NCBI GenBank assembly: GCA_964517155.1
Contig: CAZFAZ010000055.1
Span: 1-43,446, forward strand
DNA from: an uncultured Thermoplasmatales archaeon
GTDB lineage: Archaea > Thermoplasmatota > E2 > DHVEG-1
Direction of reading: 5' to 3'
Length of the DNA: 43,446 nucleotides
Every line of letters begins with the position of its first letter. Position 1 is the first letter of the stretch. Under the pieces are notes generated by a model. That model was not told the origin of the DNA, searched no databases, and was given only the letters and a program-made list of their open reading frames with translations. Below are positions 9,687 through 19,751 of the stretch, one piece after another. The position numbers were made by a program, and so were the translations under genes.

Positions 9687-10274
9687 TTAATATTTATTAA
9701 TATGAAGTATATCTTCAAGTTTTTTCTTTGGAACATGCAAAACCTGTTTTTCATCCTTGTAATACTTAACAGAATCCGCAATATCCTCAACAACAGGCTG
9801 TTCTGCTTTATAGCCAAGTGCTATAACAGAGTCGATTAAAAAAACATTATCTGGAACTTTTAAATACTCTCTTAATTTATCTCTATCTATTTTACAGAGT
9901 ATACAGCTACCGATATCCATACCTTCAGCAGCAATTACGATATTTGCAGCTGCATAGCTTGCATCACGTAGATACCAAGTGTTTTTATTATCTTTTACAA
10001 TAATTACAATATATGCCATTGGCCTTTCATTTTCACCAGGAGTCCATTCTGATTTTATATAACCTGCCCAGCTAAGTGTTTCAAAAACTTTTGAACATAA
10101 ATTTTTATCAGTTACTATGTAAAACTCAAGAGGTTGAAGATTTGCTGCAGAAGGTGCAAGACGAGCAACATTTACAAGTTTTTTTAATACATCATTTGAA
10201 ATAGGTTTTTGTTTGAAACGCCTTATACTTCTTCTTTTAAGAATTGTGTTATATATTTCACTATCTTTTATCAT
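9687..10274 (-). CDS. Nitroreductase family protein
   Basis: RRSIRRF, APSAANLQP, IALGY. Confidence 0.93.
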   Translation of the reverse strand: MIKDSEIYNTILKRRSIRRFKQKPISNDVLKKLVNVARLAPSAANLQPLEFYIVTDKNLCSKVFETLSWAGYIKSEWTPGENERPMAYIVIIVKDNKNTWYLRDASYAAANIVIAAEGMDIGSCILCKIDRDKLREYLKVPDNVFLIDSVIALGYKAEQPVVEDIADSVKYYKDEKQVLHVPKKKLEDILHINKY

Positions 10275-10405
10275 AATATATACCTCTAAATTTAATTTAC
10301 AATTAAATCACGCAATGAACTATTGTAATAAAAGAATTTGTGTTTTCCCAATAAAATAAATAAACCATGCCGTATTACTAAAAAAATCAAGTGGGGATTT
10401 TATAA

Positions 10406-11938
10406 ATGGCCAAAAAAATGAGGACGATGAGAACATTTGCAAGAACTGCCTCTAAATCAATGGAAAAAAAACTAGTTGAAAACGCAAAAGAATTAATGGA
10501 TGACCCATACATATTACTGCCAGATTATGAAGATAACTATTCAACTAAATATTTTGGTAAAATCAAAAAAACGTTTAACAAGGTAAGTAAATTTAAAAAT
10601 GATACAAAAAAACTTGAAAAGTTATCTAACAAAAAAGATATTGCAGGTGCCCTTGCAGGAACATTGCTAATTGCTCATTCTGAAAAAGCACCTTATCTAG
10701 GTGTTTTAAAGTATTCGACAGGTGATATAACTTATGCACAGCGTGGCAAAGCAAATAAAGAACAACAGGCTGGTCTTCAACATTTTGATGATCCTGTTTT
10801 AAGGTTATTATGTTTTAAAAGTATTGCTTTGAAAAAAAATATTCATCTTTACTCGTGGGATAATGGTTTTGTATCGACTGGTTTAAAGGCAGATCCTCCA
10901 ACAGAATTTATAAAATTCATCCTTGATATCTTAGATTTAAAAAATAAGGATAATGTATCTATCTGCAGTCATTTAAATGCTGAAAAAGTAAAAGAAAAAC
11001 AAAATGCTGATGAAAATTATCTCAGGATACACTGGAAATCAGCAGATATAATAATTGGTTTTTGTGAAAATTGTAGTAAATCAAGGAAAAACACATTGTT
11101 TGATATATCAAAATACATGATTGAATCTGATGTATCAAAAGATTTCGAATTAGATGTGATAGGGCAAGCTGTAAAAGATGCTGAAACTCTTTCCGGTCAG
11201 GATACACTCTTCATCAAAGAATATCTTTCAGGTGAAATATCTGATTATGACTTAATTAAAAAAAATATGGAGAAGCGACATCAGGCTGTTAAAGAATCAA
11301 AAGAAAAAATATTTGTTTTAAATGGAAAAAGTTATGGGGATAATCTAGCAGAGTTTATCAATGATTTAAAGCCTAATAATTATGAAAGAAAAGGTCTTGA
11401 GTTGATTCTTGAAAAAATTAATGAAGCTGTAGTTTTTGATGATGTAACTCCAAATAAAGTTTTGGAGAAATACTGGAAAGATAATGGTTTAAATGTCATA
11501 AAAGAAATGGTTTCTAATGAAGAGATGGCAAATAAATTTTTTTCTTTAAATGATTCTCCTTCTGAGATTTTAGAATTGGTTTTTAATTATAACAAAAGGC
11601 AAAAAATTCTTTCTCAACTTCCAACATATAATTCATTACCGCCTCTTGCAAGTTTTATAGATAATATTGCAAGAACCTACAAAACATTTGGAGAAAAAGA
11701 AGCTCTTGCTGAAATAAAGAAACGACCAGATTCACCTAAGGGAAAATCTATTGCTTATGCTTTTTTACTTGTTTTTGGCAAAGCCAAAGATAAAAAATGG
11801 CAGTTTTCTGCAATTGAAGTTGAATATGGTGATTTTTTAAAAGAATATGCAAAAAAACTTCTTGATTCAAAACCAGAAAATTATCATAAATGTTTTCAAG
11901 ATTTGTTAACCTCAAGTGGTTCGTCTGAAAAAATATAA
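10406..11938 (+). CDS. Hypothetical protein, 510 aa, possible Zn site
   Basis: Long ORF with SD; C-x-H (ICSH) and CxxC (FCENC); no family recognised. Confidence 0.85.
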   Translation: MAKKMRTMRTFARTASKSMEKKLVENAKELMDDPYILLPDYEDNYSTKYFGKIKKTFNKVSKFKNDTKKLEKLSNKKDIAGALAGTLLIAHSEKAPYLGVLKYSTGDITYAQRGKANKEQQAGLQHFDDPVLRLLCFKSIALKKNIHLYSWDNGFVSTGLKADPPTEFIKFILDILDLKNKDNVSICSHLNAEKVKEKQNADENYLRIHWKSADIIIGFCENCSKSRKNTLFDISKYMIESDVSKDFELDVIGQAVKDAETLSGQDTLFIKEYLSGEISDYDLIKKNMEKRHQAVKESKEKIFVLNGKSYGDNLAEFINDLKPNNYERKGLELILEKINEAVVFDDVTPNKVLEKYWKDNGLNVIKEMVSNEEMANKFFSLNDSPSEILELVFNYNKRQKILSQLPTYNSLPPLASFIDNIARTYKTFGEKEALAEIKKRPDSPKGKSIAYAFLLVFGKAKDKKWQFSAIEVEYGDFLKEYAKKLLDSKPENYHKCFQDLLTSSGSSEKI

Positions 11939-11956
11939 TAAAATCTTACTTTTTTT

Positions 11957-12448
11957 CTAAGTTGCTTTTTGTATGTTTAGATGGCGTATAGATAAATCCC
12001 ATAATTTTAATGATAATTCATTCCAGATAGTATTATCTATATTTTTTATTACTTTTCCAACTATTTGAGCTTGATATACGGCATCATCTTGGTTGCTTTG
12101 ATTTTGTATATAATATTTTGTAAAAAAACCTGTCCCTGTTACTTCAAAGATTTTATTACATTCTATTTCTCCGTTTATGTTAAAGTATAATATTTCGTCA
12201 TCTTTTTGTACTTCAAAATCAGGATGCGTTGTTTTTTGTATAATTACATATTGGTCTTCTTGTGTTGTTAAACCTTTAACTTCATTTGAGTTTTTTATAA
12301 AAATATAGGATTCAGGATTATCAAATGAATCTAGAAATGTTTCTATTCCCATTATATTTGTTAAGCTTATAAATGGCAGGGAAGCTATTAGTATAAATAG
12401 GGATATTTGTAATATTTGTTTGAATTCTTTTCTTATTTTTATATTCAT
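11957..12448 (-). CDS. Membrane-anchored S26/Sec11 signal-peptidase-like protein lacking catalytic residues
   Basis: N-terminal TM; YVIIQK..VQKDDEILY..IVGKV pattern of S26B, but no SGSM or IHR. Confidence 0.6.
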   Translation of the reverse strand: MNIKIRKEFKQILQISLFILIASLPFISLTNIMGIETFLDSFDNPESYIFIKNSNEVKGLTTQEDQYVIIQKTTHPDFEVQKDDEILYFNINGEIECNKIFEVTGTGFFTKYYIQNQSNQDDAVYQAQIVGKVIKNIDNTIWNELSLKLWDLSIRHLNIQKAT

Positions 12449-12680
12449 CCACCTCTTCCATGACATTTGATATCTTGTTAACACTTGTCATGAATGTTTA
12501 TAAAGGTTTCTTGGAAAAATATCAAAAATGACATAATGTCAAAAAAAGAAAAAATCAAATTTTTAAAAAAGAGAAAAACTTTATACACAAATAAATTATT
12601 CAAAAAAGATAGAAGAGATGGAAATATAGTTAATTCAGAGTTGTAAACTCATTTAAAAGGAGTATAAAAGAGGAAAAATA

Positions 12681-13037
12681 ATGGTAAAAACAATACTTGT
12701 AGTTGATGACGAACCAGATATAAGACAAAGTGTAAAAATGATACTAGAAAAAAACGGATACTATGTCATCACCGCAGAAAATGGGGACGATTGTTTAGAC
12801 AAATTAAAAGAAATAACTCCAGATCTTATTTTACTAGACATAATGATGCCTGGTACACCTGTAACTGAAGTAGTAAAACAAATAAAAGACATAAAAATTG
12901 CTTTTATGAGTGTTGTAAGAATATCAGATGCAAGAAAAAAAGGTTTAACAACCCAAGACAATGTTGTAGACTTTTTCCAAAAACCATTTAATGTATCAGA
13001 TTTAATAGACCGAGTCGAAGTAATACTTGGCCGATAA
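12681..13037 (+). CDS. Single-domain response regulator (CheY-like receiver)
   Basis: ILVVDDE, LLDIMMP phospho-Asp, KPF. Confidence 0.95.
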   Translation: MVKTILVVDDEPDIRQSVKMILEKNGYYVITAENGDDCLDKLKEITPDLILLDIMMPGTPVTEVVKQIKDIKIAFMSVVRISDARKKGLTTQDNVVDFFQKPFNVSDLIDRVEVILGR

Positions 13038-13061
13038 AAAATATAACCAAATAGAGGGGTA

Positions 13062-14465
13062 ATGGGAATCAAAGAAAAAAAAGAATTCAGTTTAAAAAAA
13101 AAATTATTTTCCAAATTAAACCGCAAATTAACAATTATCTTTTTCCTTGTCGCACTAGTTGCACCTGCTTTATCAGTATACTATCTATATACACTAATTG
13201 AATCAACAACCCAAATAGTTTCACCTGAGACTGCGGCACTTATACAAACAATCGCACTAATGATAATAATTTTAATTGCACTTGATGCCGCAATAGTAGG
13301 ATTTTATATATCGCGCTCAATTTCAAAACCAATAGTTGAACTATACAATGCAACAAAAGAAGTAGAAAAAGGAAACTACAATATAAACCTAAAAATTAAA
13401 ACAGGTGATGAAATTGAAATGCTTTCTAAAGCCTTTAATCGAACAACTCTAGCATTAGGAAAAATTGAAGAAGAAAGAAAAGAAATAGACAGCGCAAAAA
13501 CAGAATTTTTAAGCATTACCTCACATGAGCTAAGAAGCCCAATGACACCTATGAAAGCACAACTTCAAATGCTTACAGAGGAATACTTTGGAAAACTATC
13601 TGAAAAACAAAAAGAAAGCATTAAGATAATTACAAGAAATGCTGATAGATTAGATAATATAATATGTGATTTTCTAGAAATTTCAAGAATAGAAGCAGCA
13701 AGATTAAGATTTGATTTTAAAGAAACAGATATAGTTCAAACTGTGCAAGAAATAGTAAAATTTATGGAAGGATTTGCAAAAGAAAAAAATATAAAACTAG
13801 AGTTAGACCTTAGTGAAATACCAAGTATGCAGGCAGATCCAGACAGAATAAGCCAAGTTCTTAGAAACCTTATAAACAACGCTATAAAATTCTCCAATGA
13901 AAATGGTAAAATAACAATATCGGCGCATAAAAAAGATAACTATATCTTGTTTAGCGTACGTGACCATGGATGCGGACTTACACCTGAAAATCAGATAAGA
14001 GTCTTTGAACCATTCTACCAAGTTGAAAATGCAAATCGAAGGAGACATGGTGGAACAGGACTTGGTCTTGCAATATGCCGCGGAATTGTTGAATCGCAAA
14101 AAGGTAAAATATGGGTTGAAAGCAAAGAAGGACATGGCTGTAAATTTTATTTTACATTACCTTTGGACCCTGTTAGAGAAATAGAGCCAATAAAAGTCTT
14201 ATTTTCACAAAAAGGACTTATCGATAAAAAAATAAAAGAAGAATTTGAAGCAATTCTAGGCCCATTAGGAGTCGGTGAATTTGAAGAATTAAAAGCCAAA
14301 AATGCAATAAATAAAGATGATCTCTTCATATATATTGAGTCTTTAAAAAATCAATATATCTTAACTTCTGACCGCGGCGAATTATTCAAAAACCATATCG
14401 GTGAGATATTTGGAGATGAAAAAGAAGATATAAATAAGAACATAGATACATTTGTAAATATTTAA
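13062..14465 (+). CDS. Membrane sensor histidine kinase (2 TM-HAMP-HisKA-HATPase_c + C-terminal extension)
   Basis: ISKPI..DEIEML HAMP, SHELRSPM, NLINNAIKF, DHGCG, GGTGLGL. Confidence 0.95.
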   Translation: MGIKEKKEFSLKKKLFSKLNRKLTIIFFLVALVAPALSVYYLYTLIESTTQIVSPETAALIQTIALMIIILIALDAAIVGFYISRSISKPIVELYNATKEVEKGNYNINLKIKTGDEIEMLSKAFNRTTLALGKIEEERKEIDSAKTEFLSITSHELRSPMTPMKAQLQMLTEEYFGKLSEKQKESIKIITRNADRLDNIICDFLEISRIEAARLRFDFKETDIVQTVQEIVKFMEGFAKEKNIKLELDLSEIPSMQADPDRISQVLRNLINNAIKFSNENGKITISAHKKDNYILFSVRDHGCGLTPENQIRVFEPFYQVENANRRRHGGTGLGLAICRGIVESQKGKIWVESKEGHGCKFYFTLPLDPVREIEPIKVLFSQKGLIDKKIKEEFEAILGPLGVGEFEELKAKNAINKDDLFIYIESLKNQYILTSDRGELFKNHIGEIFGDEKEDINKNIDTFVNI

Positions 14466-14475
14466 AAAAAATGAG

Positions 14476-15675
14476 GTGAGATATACGAAACTTAGAACAC
14501 TACTTGTGCTAATGTGCCTTGCAATATCTATTATACCAATAGGAATAATAGGTGGAATACAAGGTTTTCAGTCTCAATCTAATTTTTTGATTGTGCTAAT
14601 ATTTATAGTAACATTAATTGTATCTTTTGTAATTTCATATTTTATAACACATCCAATTGAGAAATTAACAAAAAATATCGATAAAATCTCAAAAGGCAAA
14701 CTTGATGTAAACCTGGATTATAGCGAAATAAACGAAATAAATAATCTTACAGATTCTTTAAATCGTGTAATGGCAAGTTTAAAGCTTGCAATAGTAAAAG
14801 TAGGTGTTAAAAAAGGTGAGCTTTTTGAAGATGCAATAAAAGCAAAAGAAGAATTTGAAACCAAACAAAAAGATATCTTTGACAGTATAAAAGGCTGGGT
14901 CTGGGAAACAGATGACAAAACAAACATAGTTTTTTGTTCAGATAATATCTCAAAAATATTAGGATATAAACCAAATGAGATAACAGGTAAAAATCTATAT
15001 GATTTAACAAACAAAGATTCTGCTAAACAATTAAAACAAGCATTTAATGATGCAGCAAAAAATGAAAAACCAATTAAAAACCTTGAAATTCAAATTAATT
15101 CTAAAAAAAATGAGAAGAAATATTTTTTATTAAATGCGGTTCCATTTTTTAATAAAGAAGGAAAGTTATCTGGATTTAGAGGCGTAGATACAGATATCAC
15201 CACTGAAAAATACAAAGAAAACAAAATAAAAGAAATAAATACAGAGCTTTCAACTCTCAAAGTAGAAATAACAGAACTTTTAAATCAACGTGATAAAAAA
15301 AGATTAAGTTTTGAAAAAAATGTAAGTAAACTTGAAGAAAAATGGTCCGAACATGAGTTTGATGCAGTATTTATTTTTGATGAAAATGCAAATATTTTAG
15401 ATTGCAATGATAACATGTCTAAAAGACTTGGTTATAGTAAAAGCGAAATTCTTTCATTAAATATTTCAGATATAGATGCACTTGAATCAAAAAATGATAT
15501 AATTGATAAAATTCAGAAAACAAAAAAAGAAGGAGTAATTTCTTTTAAGACAATTCATAAAAGAAAAGATGGCTCTGCCATTCTTGTACATGAAAATCTT
15601 CAATACAATAAAGATAAAAACCAATTCAAAGGCATTGTTCGTGAGGATTATTCACTTAAAAAATCATCAAAATAA
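14476..15675 (+). CDS. 2 TM-HAMP-PAS-PAS protein without a kinase domain
   Basis: ITHPIEKL..EINNL HAMP; WVWETD..LGYKPNEITGK..GFRGVDTDIT PAS/PAC; second PAS with HKRKDGS. Confidence 0.88.
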   Translation: MRYTKLRTLLVLMCLAISIIPIGIIGGIQGFQSQSNFLIVLIFIVTLIVSFVISYFITHPIEKLTKNIDKISKGKLDVNLDYSEINEINNLTDSLNRVMASLKLAIVKVGVKKGELFEDAIKAKEEFETKQKDIFDSIKGWVWETDDKTNIVFCSDNISKILGYKPNEITGKNLYDLTNKDSAKQLKQAFNDAAKNEKPIKNLEIQINSKKNEKKYFLLNAVPFFNKEGKLSGFRGVDTDITTEKYKENKIKEINTELSTLKVEITELLNQRDKKRLSFEKNVSKLEEKWSEHEFDAVFIFDENANILDCNDNMSKRLGYSKSEILSLNISDIDALESKNDIIDKIQKTKKEGVISFKTIHKRKDGSAILVHENLQYNKDKNQFKGIVREDYSLKKSSK

Positions 15676-15758
15676 AGTTTTTAAATAAGCGTTTTGAATT
15701 TTTTTCAACCAGTTAAATATATATTATACCTGTTGATATCATGCCTCCGTGATAATTT

Positions 15759-16964
15759 ATGATTCAAGCATCTCAACGCTCCCAAGGAGTAAATTATGCA
15801 ATTAGAGAAGTTACTGTCCCTGCAAAAAAACTAGAAAAAAAAGGAATAAAAGTTATCCATTTAAACATAGGCGATCCAAATAAATACGATTTTGACACAC
15901 CTGAACATATGAAAAAAGCGTTATATGAAGCATGTTTACATGGAGATAACGGTTACGCGCCATCAGAAGGATATACTAAACTGCGCCAGGCAATAATAGA
16001 GCGCGAGAAAAAAAGAAATAATGTGGACTATACAATAGAGGACATATGTGTAACGACAGGTGTTACAGAGTCTTTACAGATACTTTTAAATGCATCACTT
16101 GACCCAAATGATGAACTATTGATACCTGGTCCTACTTATCCGCAATACAATCTAATAACATGGTTTAACGATGCATTACCTATATCATACCGGTGTATCG
16201 AAGAAGAAGGATGGCAACCTGATGTTGATCATATCCGAAAAAAGATTTCAAATAGAACAAAAGGAATAGTTATAATAAACCCAAATAACCCAACAGGTGC
16301 ACTATACTCAAAAAAAGTAATAAAAGAAATTATAGATATAGCAGGTGAATACCACGTACCTGTAATATCTGATGAAATCTATGATGATATGGTATTTGAT
16401 TCAAAACAAAACGCAACAGCAACACTTGCAAAAGATGTACCGGTAATAACTTTTAACGGTTTTTCAAAAGTTTACCTTGTGCCAGGATGGAGAATGGGAT
16501 ATGTTATGTTTCATCATCAAGGAGAACTTGACGGTATTCAAGATGCATTTATGCGCATTGCACGCTCAAGACTATGTGCAAACTCAATATGCCAACTTGC
16601 ATGTATAGCAGCACTAAAAGGACCACAGGACCATATAAAAGAAGTAAACGACAAACTCAGGAAAAGACGTGATTTTTCATATAAAAGATTAAATGAAATA
16701 CCTGGTATTTCAACAGCAAAACCAGAAGGAGCATTTTACATTTTTCCAAAGATAGAGGCAATGAACGAAAAATTGTGGAAAAACGATAAAGAATTTGTTT
16801 TAGATTTATTAAATACTAAACACGTGTTAGTAGTTCATGGTTCAGGGTTCTGCCCTATATACGGAAAGAATCATTTTAGAGCAGTTATACTTCCAGATCT
16901 TGAAATGTTATCAGAGGCGTTTAATAAAATTGAAGAGTTTATGAAAGAAAAACTCAAAAAATAA
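15759..16964 (+). CDS. PLP-dependent aminotransferase class I/II (alanine aminotransferase-like)
   Basis: LNIGDP, INPNNPTG, SDEIYD, FSKVYLVPGWRMG. Confidence 0.94.
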   Translation: MIQASQRSQGVNYAIREVTVPAKKLEKKGIKVIHLNIGDPNKYDFDTPEHMKKALYEACLHGDNGYAPSEGYTKLRQAIIEREKKRNNVDYTIEDICVTTGVTESLQILLNASLDPNDELLIPGPTYPQYNLITWFNDALPISYRCIEEEGWQPDVDHIRKKISNRTKGIVIINPNNPTGALYSKKVIKEIIDIAGEYHVPVISDEIYDDMVFDSKQNATATLAKDVPVITFNGFSKVYLVPGWRMGYVMFHHQGELDGIQDAFMRIARSRLCANSICQLACIAALKGPQDHIKEVNDKLRKRRDFSYKRLNEIPGISTAKPEGAFYIFPKIEAMNEKLWKNDKEFVLDLLNTKHVLVVHGSGFCPIYGKNHFRAVILPDLEMLSEAFNKIEEFMKEKLKK

Positions 16965-17037
16965 AAAAATTTCTCTTCTTTTTTTACTTTAGTAGAAAGA
17001 ATATTAAGTAAAACGTTTATTCAAAAATCGAAGTTAA

Positions 17038-18300
17038 ATGTATAAGATACCAAGAGGAACAAGAGATTTTACAGCAGAAGAAATGCAAAAAAGACGTTTA
17101 GTCGAAAATAAAATTAGAACTACTTTTAAAAAATTTGGATATAACGAAGTTCAGACACCTGTTTTTGAAACTCTTGAACTTTTCACTGCAAAATCCGGTG
17201 AAGGAATACTAAATGAAATATATTCTTTTCAAGATAAAGGCGGGCGAGATCTTGCATTAAGACCAGAACTTACTGCACCAGTTATGCGCATGTATGTTGA
17301 AAAACTACAAATGGAGCCTAAACCTTTAAAATTATTTTATTTTGGAAACTGCTACAGATACGATAGACCACAAAAAGGCAGATACCGCGAGTTCATGCAA
17401 GCAGGCAGTGAACTAATAGGCCCTGATACACCTGAAGCGTATGCAGAGCTTATAGCAATGTCATACAAAATACTACAAAACATTGGACTCAAAAAGATTG
17501 TGTTAAATATCGGAAACTTAAACATACTCTCAGCAATGTTTAAAAAAATAAATCTACCTCAAGAACAAAGAAAATATCTAGTTCCACTAATTGACAAATC
17601 AATGTTTGAAGACGTACTTGAAGCATTACAGGATTTTAAAATAAAGCCAAATACTGCATCAGAATTTATAGATATCTTAACAACAAATGATTTCAAAAAG
17701 ATATCTGATTATATAAAAGAAGATGAAACAATAAAAGATGAAATTGAAAAATTAACAAAAGTTTTAGATTTATTAAAAAACTCATTTAACATTAAAAATT
17801 TTAATGTTAAAATTAGTATTGTAAGAGGCCTTGATTATTACAAAGGACTAGTATTTGAAATTGAAGCACCAGCGCTGGGTGCAGAAAAACAACTCTGTGG
17901 CGGAGGAGCATACGAGTTAATATCTTTATTTGGCGGAAATGAAACACCGACTTGCGGTTTTGCAATAGGTTTTGATAGAGCAATACTTGCCCTTGAAACA
18001 GAAGGATACACGTTTCCCAAAGAAAAATTAGATATTTTTATAATACCTGTAAATAAAGACATGATAGATAAATCACTTCAAATAGCAGAAACACTTAGGA
18101 AAAATATGACAGTTGACATAGATCTTATGAGGAGAGGGATTGGAAAATCCTTAAAATATGCAAGTTCAATAAATGCAGAAAAAACAATAATAATAGGTCC
18201 TGATGAACTTGAGAAAAATTCTGTAACTGTTAGAGATATGAACACTGGTGAACAAGAGCAAATATCAATAGAAAAACTTGAACAACATCTGTTAAAATAA
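17038..18300 (+). CDS. hisS: Histidyl-tRNA synthetase
   Basis: PRGTRD, LRPELT, YDRPQKGRYREF, RGLDYY, GGGAY, anticodon-binding domain. Confidence 0.97.
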   Translation: MYKIPRGTRDFTAEEMQKRRLVENKIRTTFKKFGYNEVQTPVFETLELFTAKSGEGILNEIYSFQDKGGRDLALRPELTAPVMRMYVEKLQMEPKPLKLFYFGNCYRYDRPQKGRYREFMQAGSELIGPDTPEAYAELIAMSYKILQNIGLKKIVLNIGNLNILSAMFKKINLPQEQRKYLVPLIDKSMFEDVLEALQDFKIKPNTASEFIDILTTNDFKKISDYIKEDETIKDEIEKLTKVLDLLKNSFNIKNFNVKISIVRGLDYYKGLVFEIEAPALGAEKQLCGGGAYELISLFGGNETPTCGFAIGFDRAILALETEGYTFPKEKLDIFIIPVNKDMIDKSLQIAETLRKNMTVDIDLMRRGIGKSLKYASSINAEKTIIIGPDELEKNSVTVRDMNTGEQEQISIEKLEQHLLK

Positions 18301-18311
18301 CTGGTTTTAAA

Positions 18312-18842
18312 ATGAATAAAGACAAAAAAAAGATTTTTATACTTGATACTTCAGCGATTTTATCAGGCAAACCACTTAATTTTGAAGACGCACAAGTAGT
18401 TACAACAGTAAATATAGAAAAAGAAATTAAACCAGGTGGAAGAGATTATCAAAATTATATTTATTTAAAAGAAAAATGTTTAATTTTAAAAAGTCCATCT
18501 AAAGATTCATTAAAAAAAATTAAAGAAACATCAAAAAAAACAGGAGATATCAATAGGTTATCTATTTTTGATACAGAATTACTTGCAACAGCACTTGATG
18601 AAAACAAACAAAATGATGCAGAAGTTGTAATACTAACAGATGACTATTCAATTCAAAATGTTGCAACTTATCTTAAAATTAAATTTCAAAATATAAATCA
18701 AAAAGGTATCACAAAAAAGTTTAAATGGATCAACCGATGCCGAGGCTGCGGTAAAAAATTCAAAGATAATATAAGTATATGTCCTATATGTGGGTCAGAT
18801 ACAAAAAAGATAGTGATAAAAACTAAAAATATCGATGAATAA
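18312..18842 (+). CDS. nob1: Nob1 endoribonuclease (PIN + Zn ribbon)
   Basis: ILDTSA, TGD..LS..D, TDDYSIQNVA, CRGC..CPICG. Confidence 0.92.
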   Translation: MNKDKKKIFILDTSAILSGKPLNFEDAQVVTTVNIEKEIKPGGRDYQNYIYLKEKCLILKSPSKDSLKKIKETSKKTGDINRLSIFDTELLATALDENKQNDAEVVILTDDYSIQNVATYLKIKFQNINQKGITKKFKWINRCRGCGKKFKDNISICPICGSDTKKIVIKTKNIDE

Positions 18843-18857
18843 AAAAAGTGGTAAATA

Positions 18858-19745
18858 ATGGATTTTAAAGAAAAACTTAACAAATCTAAAAAAATATTTT
18901 TACGTTTTTGGCATAGTGAAAACAATAAAGTTTCACTTGTGAGAGATGTTTTTGTTGCACTTCTTTTTGTTTTTATAATTTTACTTGCATTATGGACTTA
19001 TACAGGTCAGTGGTTTAGTGCCCCTCTTGTTGCAATAGAATCAGGTAGTATGCAGCATTTAGATGAACCTTTTGGAAGAATTGGAACAATTAATGCAGGA
19101 GACATGGTACTACTTGTAAAAGTTGATAACAAAGATGATGTTATATCTTATTCTACATCAAACTATTACAACTATGGCAAAAAAGGAGATGTAGTTATTT
19201 ATCATCCTGATGGCAACTTTCAGGCTGATCAGATAATCCATCGTGCTATGTGCTGGATAGAAGTCGAAATTGAAGACTCAGATACTTTTTACACTATTGA
19301 AGAATATGATATAATAAGACAAAATGCATCTATTCCATTATACATACCAGAATGTGGTATAGCCAATGGTAATTCTGCTGTTAAAGTAGATTGGTTTACA
19401 CATTCAGGATTTATAACAAAAGGAGACAATCCCATCACAAATAAACAATGCGACCAGATAGGTGGCATTTCAAATCAACCAATAAAGGTTGAATGGATAT
19501 CTGGAAAAGCAAGTGGTGAACTACCATGGATTGGTACAATAAATCTTATATTTAATGATATTTTCAATAACAAAAATACACTTGGAAATGTACCACAGGA
19601 CTGCTTAGTTTGTTTTATTGTAGTAATAGCAGTTTTAATATCAATACCTGTTTCTATGGATATATATGGTTATCTTCAGGATAAAAAACAAAAGAAAAAC
19701 AATAAAACTAAAACTTTTGATGAAGAGTTAATTAAAAAACCATAA
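18858..19745 (+). CDS. Signal peptidase I (S26, archaeal Sec11 type)
   Basis: TM followed by ESGSM, IIHR, ITKGDN; C-terminal TM. Confidence 0.9.
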   Translation: MDFKEKLNKSKKIFLRFWHSENNKVSLVRDVFVALLFVFIILLALWTYTGQWFSAPLVAIESGSMQHLDEPFGRIGTINAGDMVLLVKVDNKDDVISYSTSNYYNYGKKGDVVIYHPDGNFQADQIIHRAMCWIEVEIEDSDTFYTIEEYDIIRQNASIPLYIPECGIANGNSAVKVDWFTHSGFITKGDNPITNKQCDQIGGISNQPIKVEWISGKASGELPWIGTINLIFNDIFNNKNTLGNVPQDCLVCFIVVIAVLISIPVSMDIYGYLQDKKQKKNNKTKTFDEELIKKP

Positions 19746-19751
19746 AATATG

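Noticed and set aside
18312..18842. PIN protein as a VapC toxin
   Set aside because: The C-terminal Zn ribbon and TDDYSIQN motif identify Nob1; no antitoxin gene upstream.
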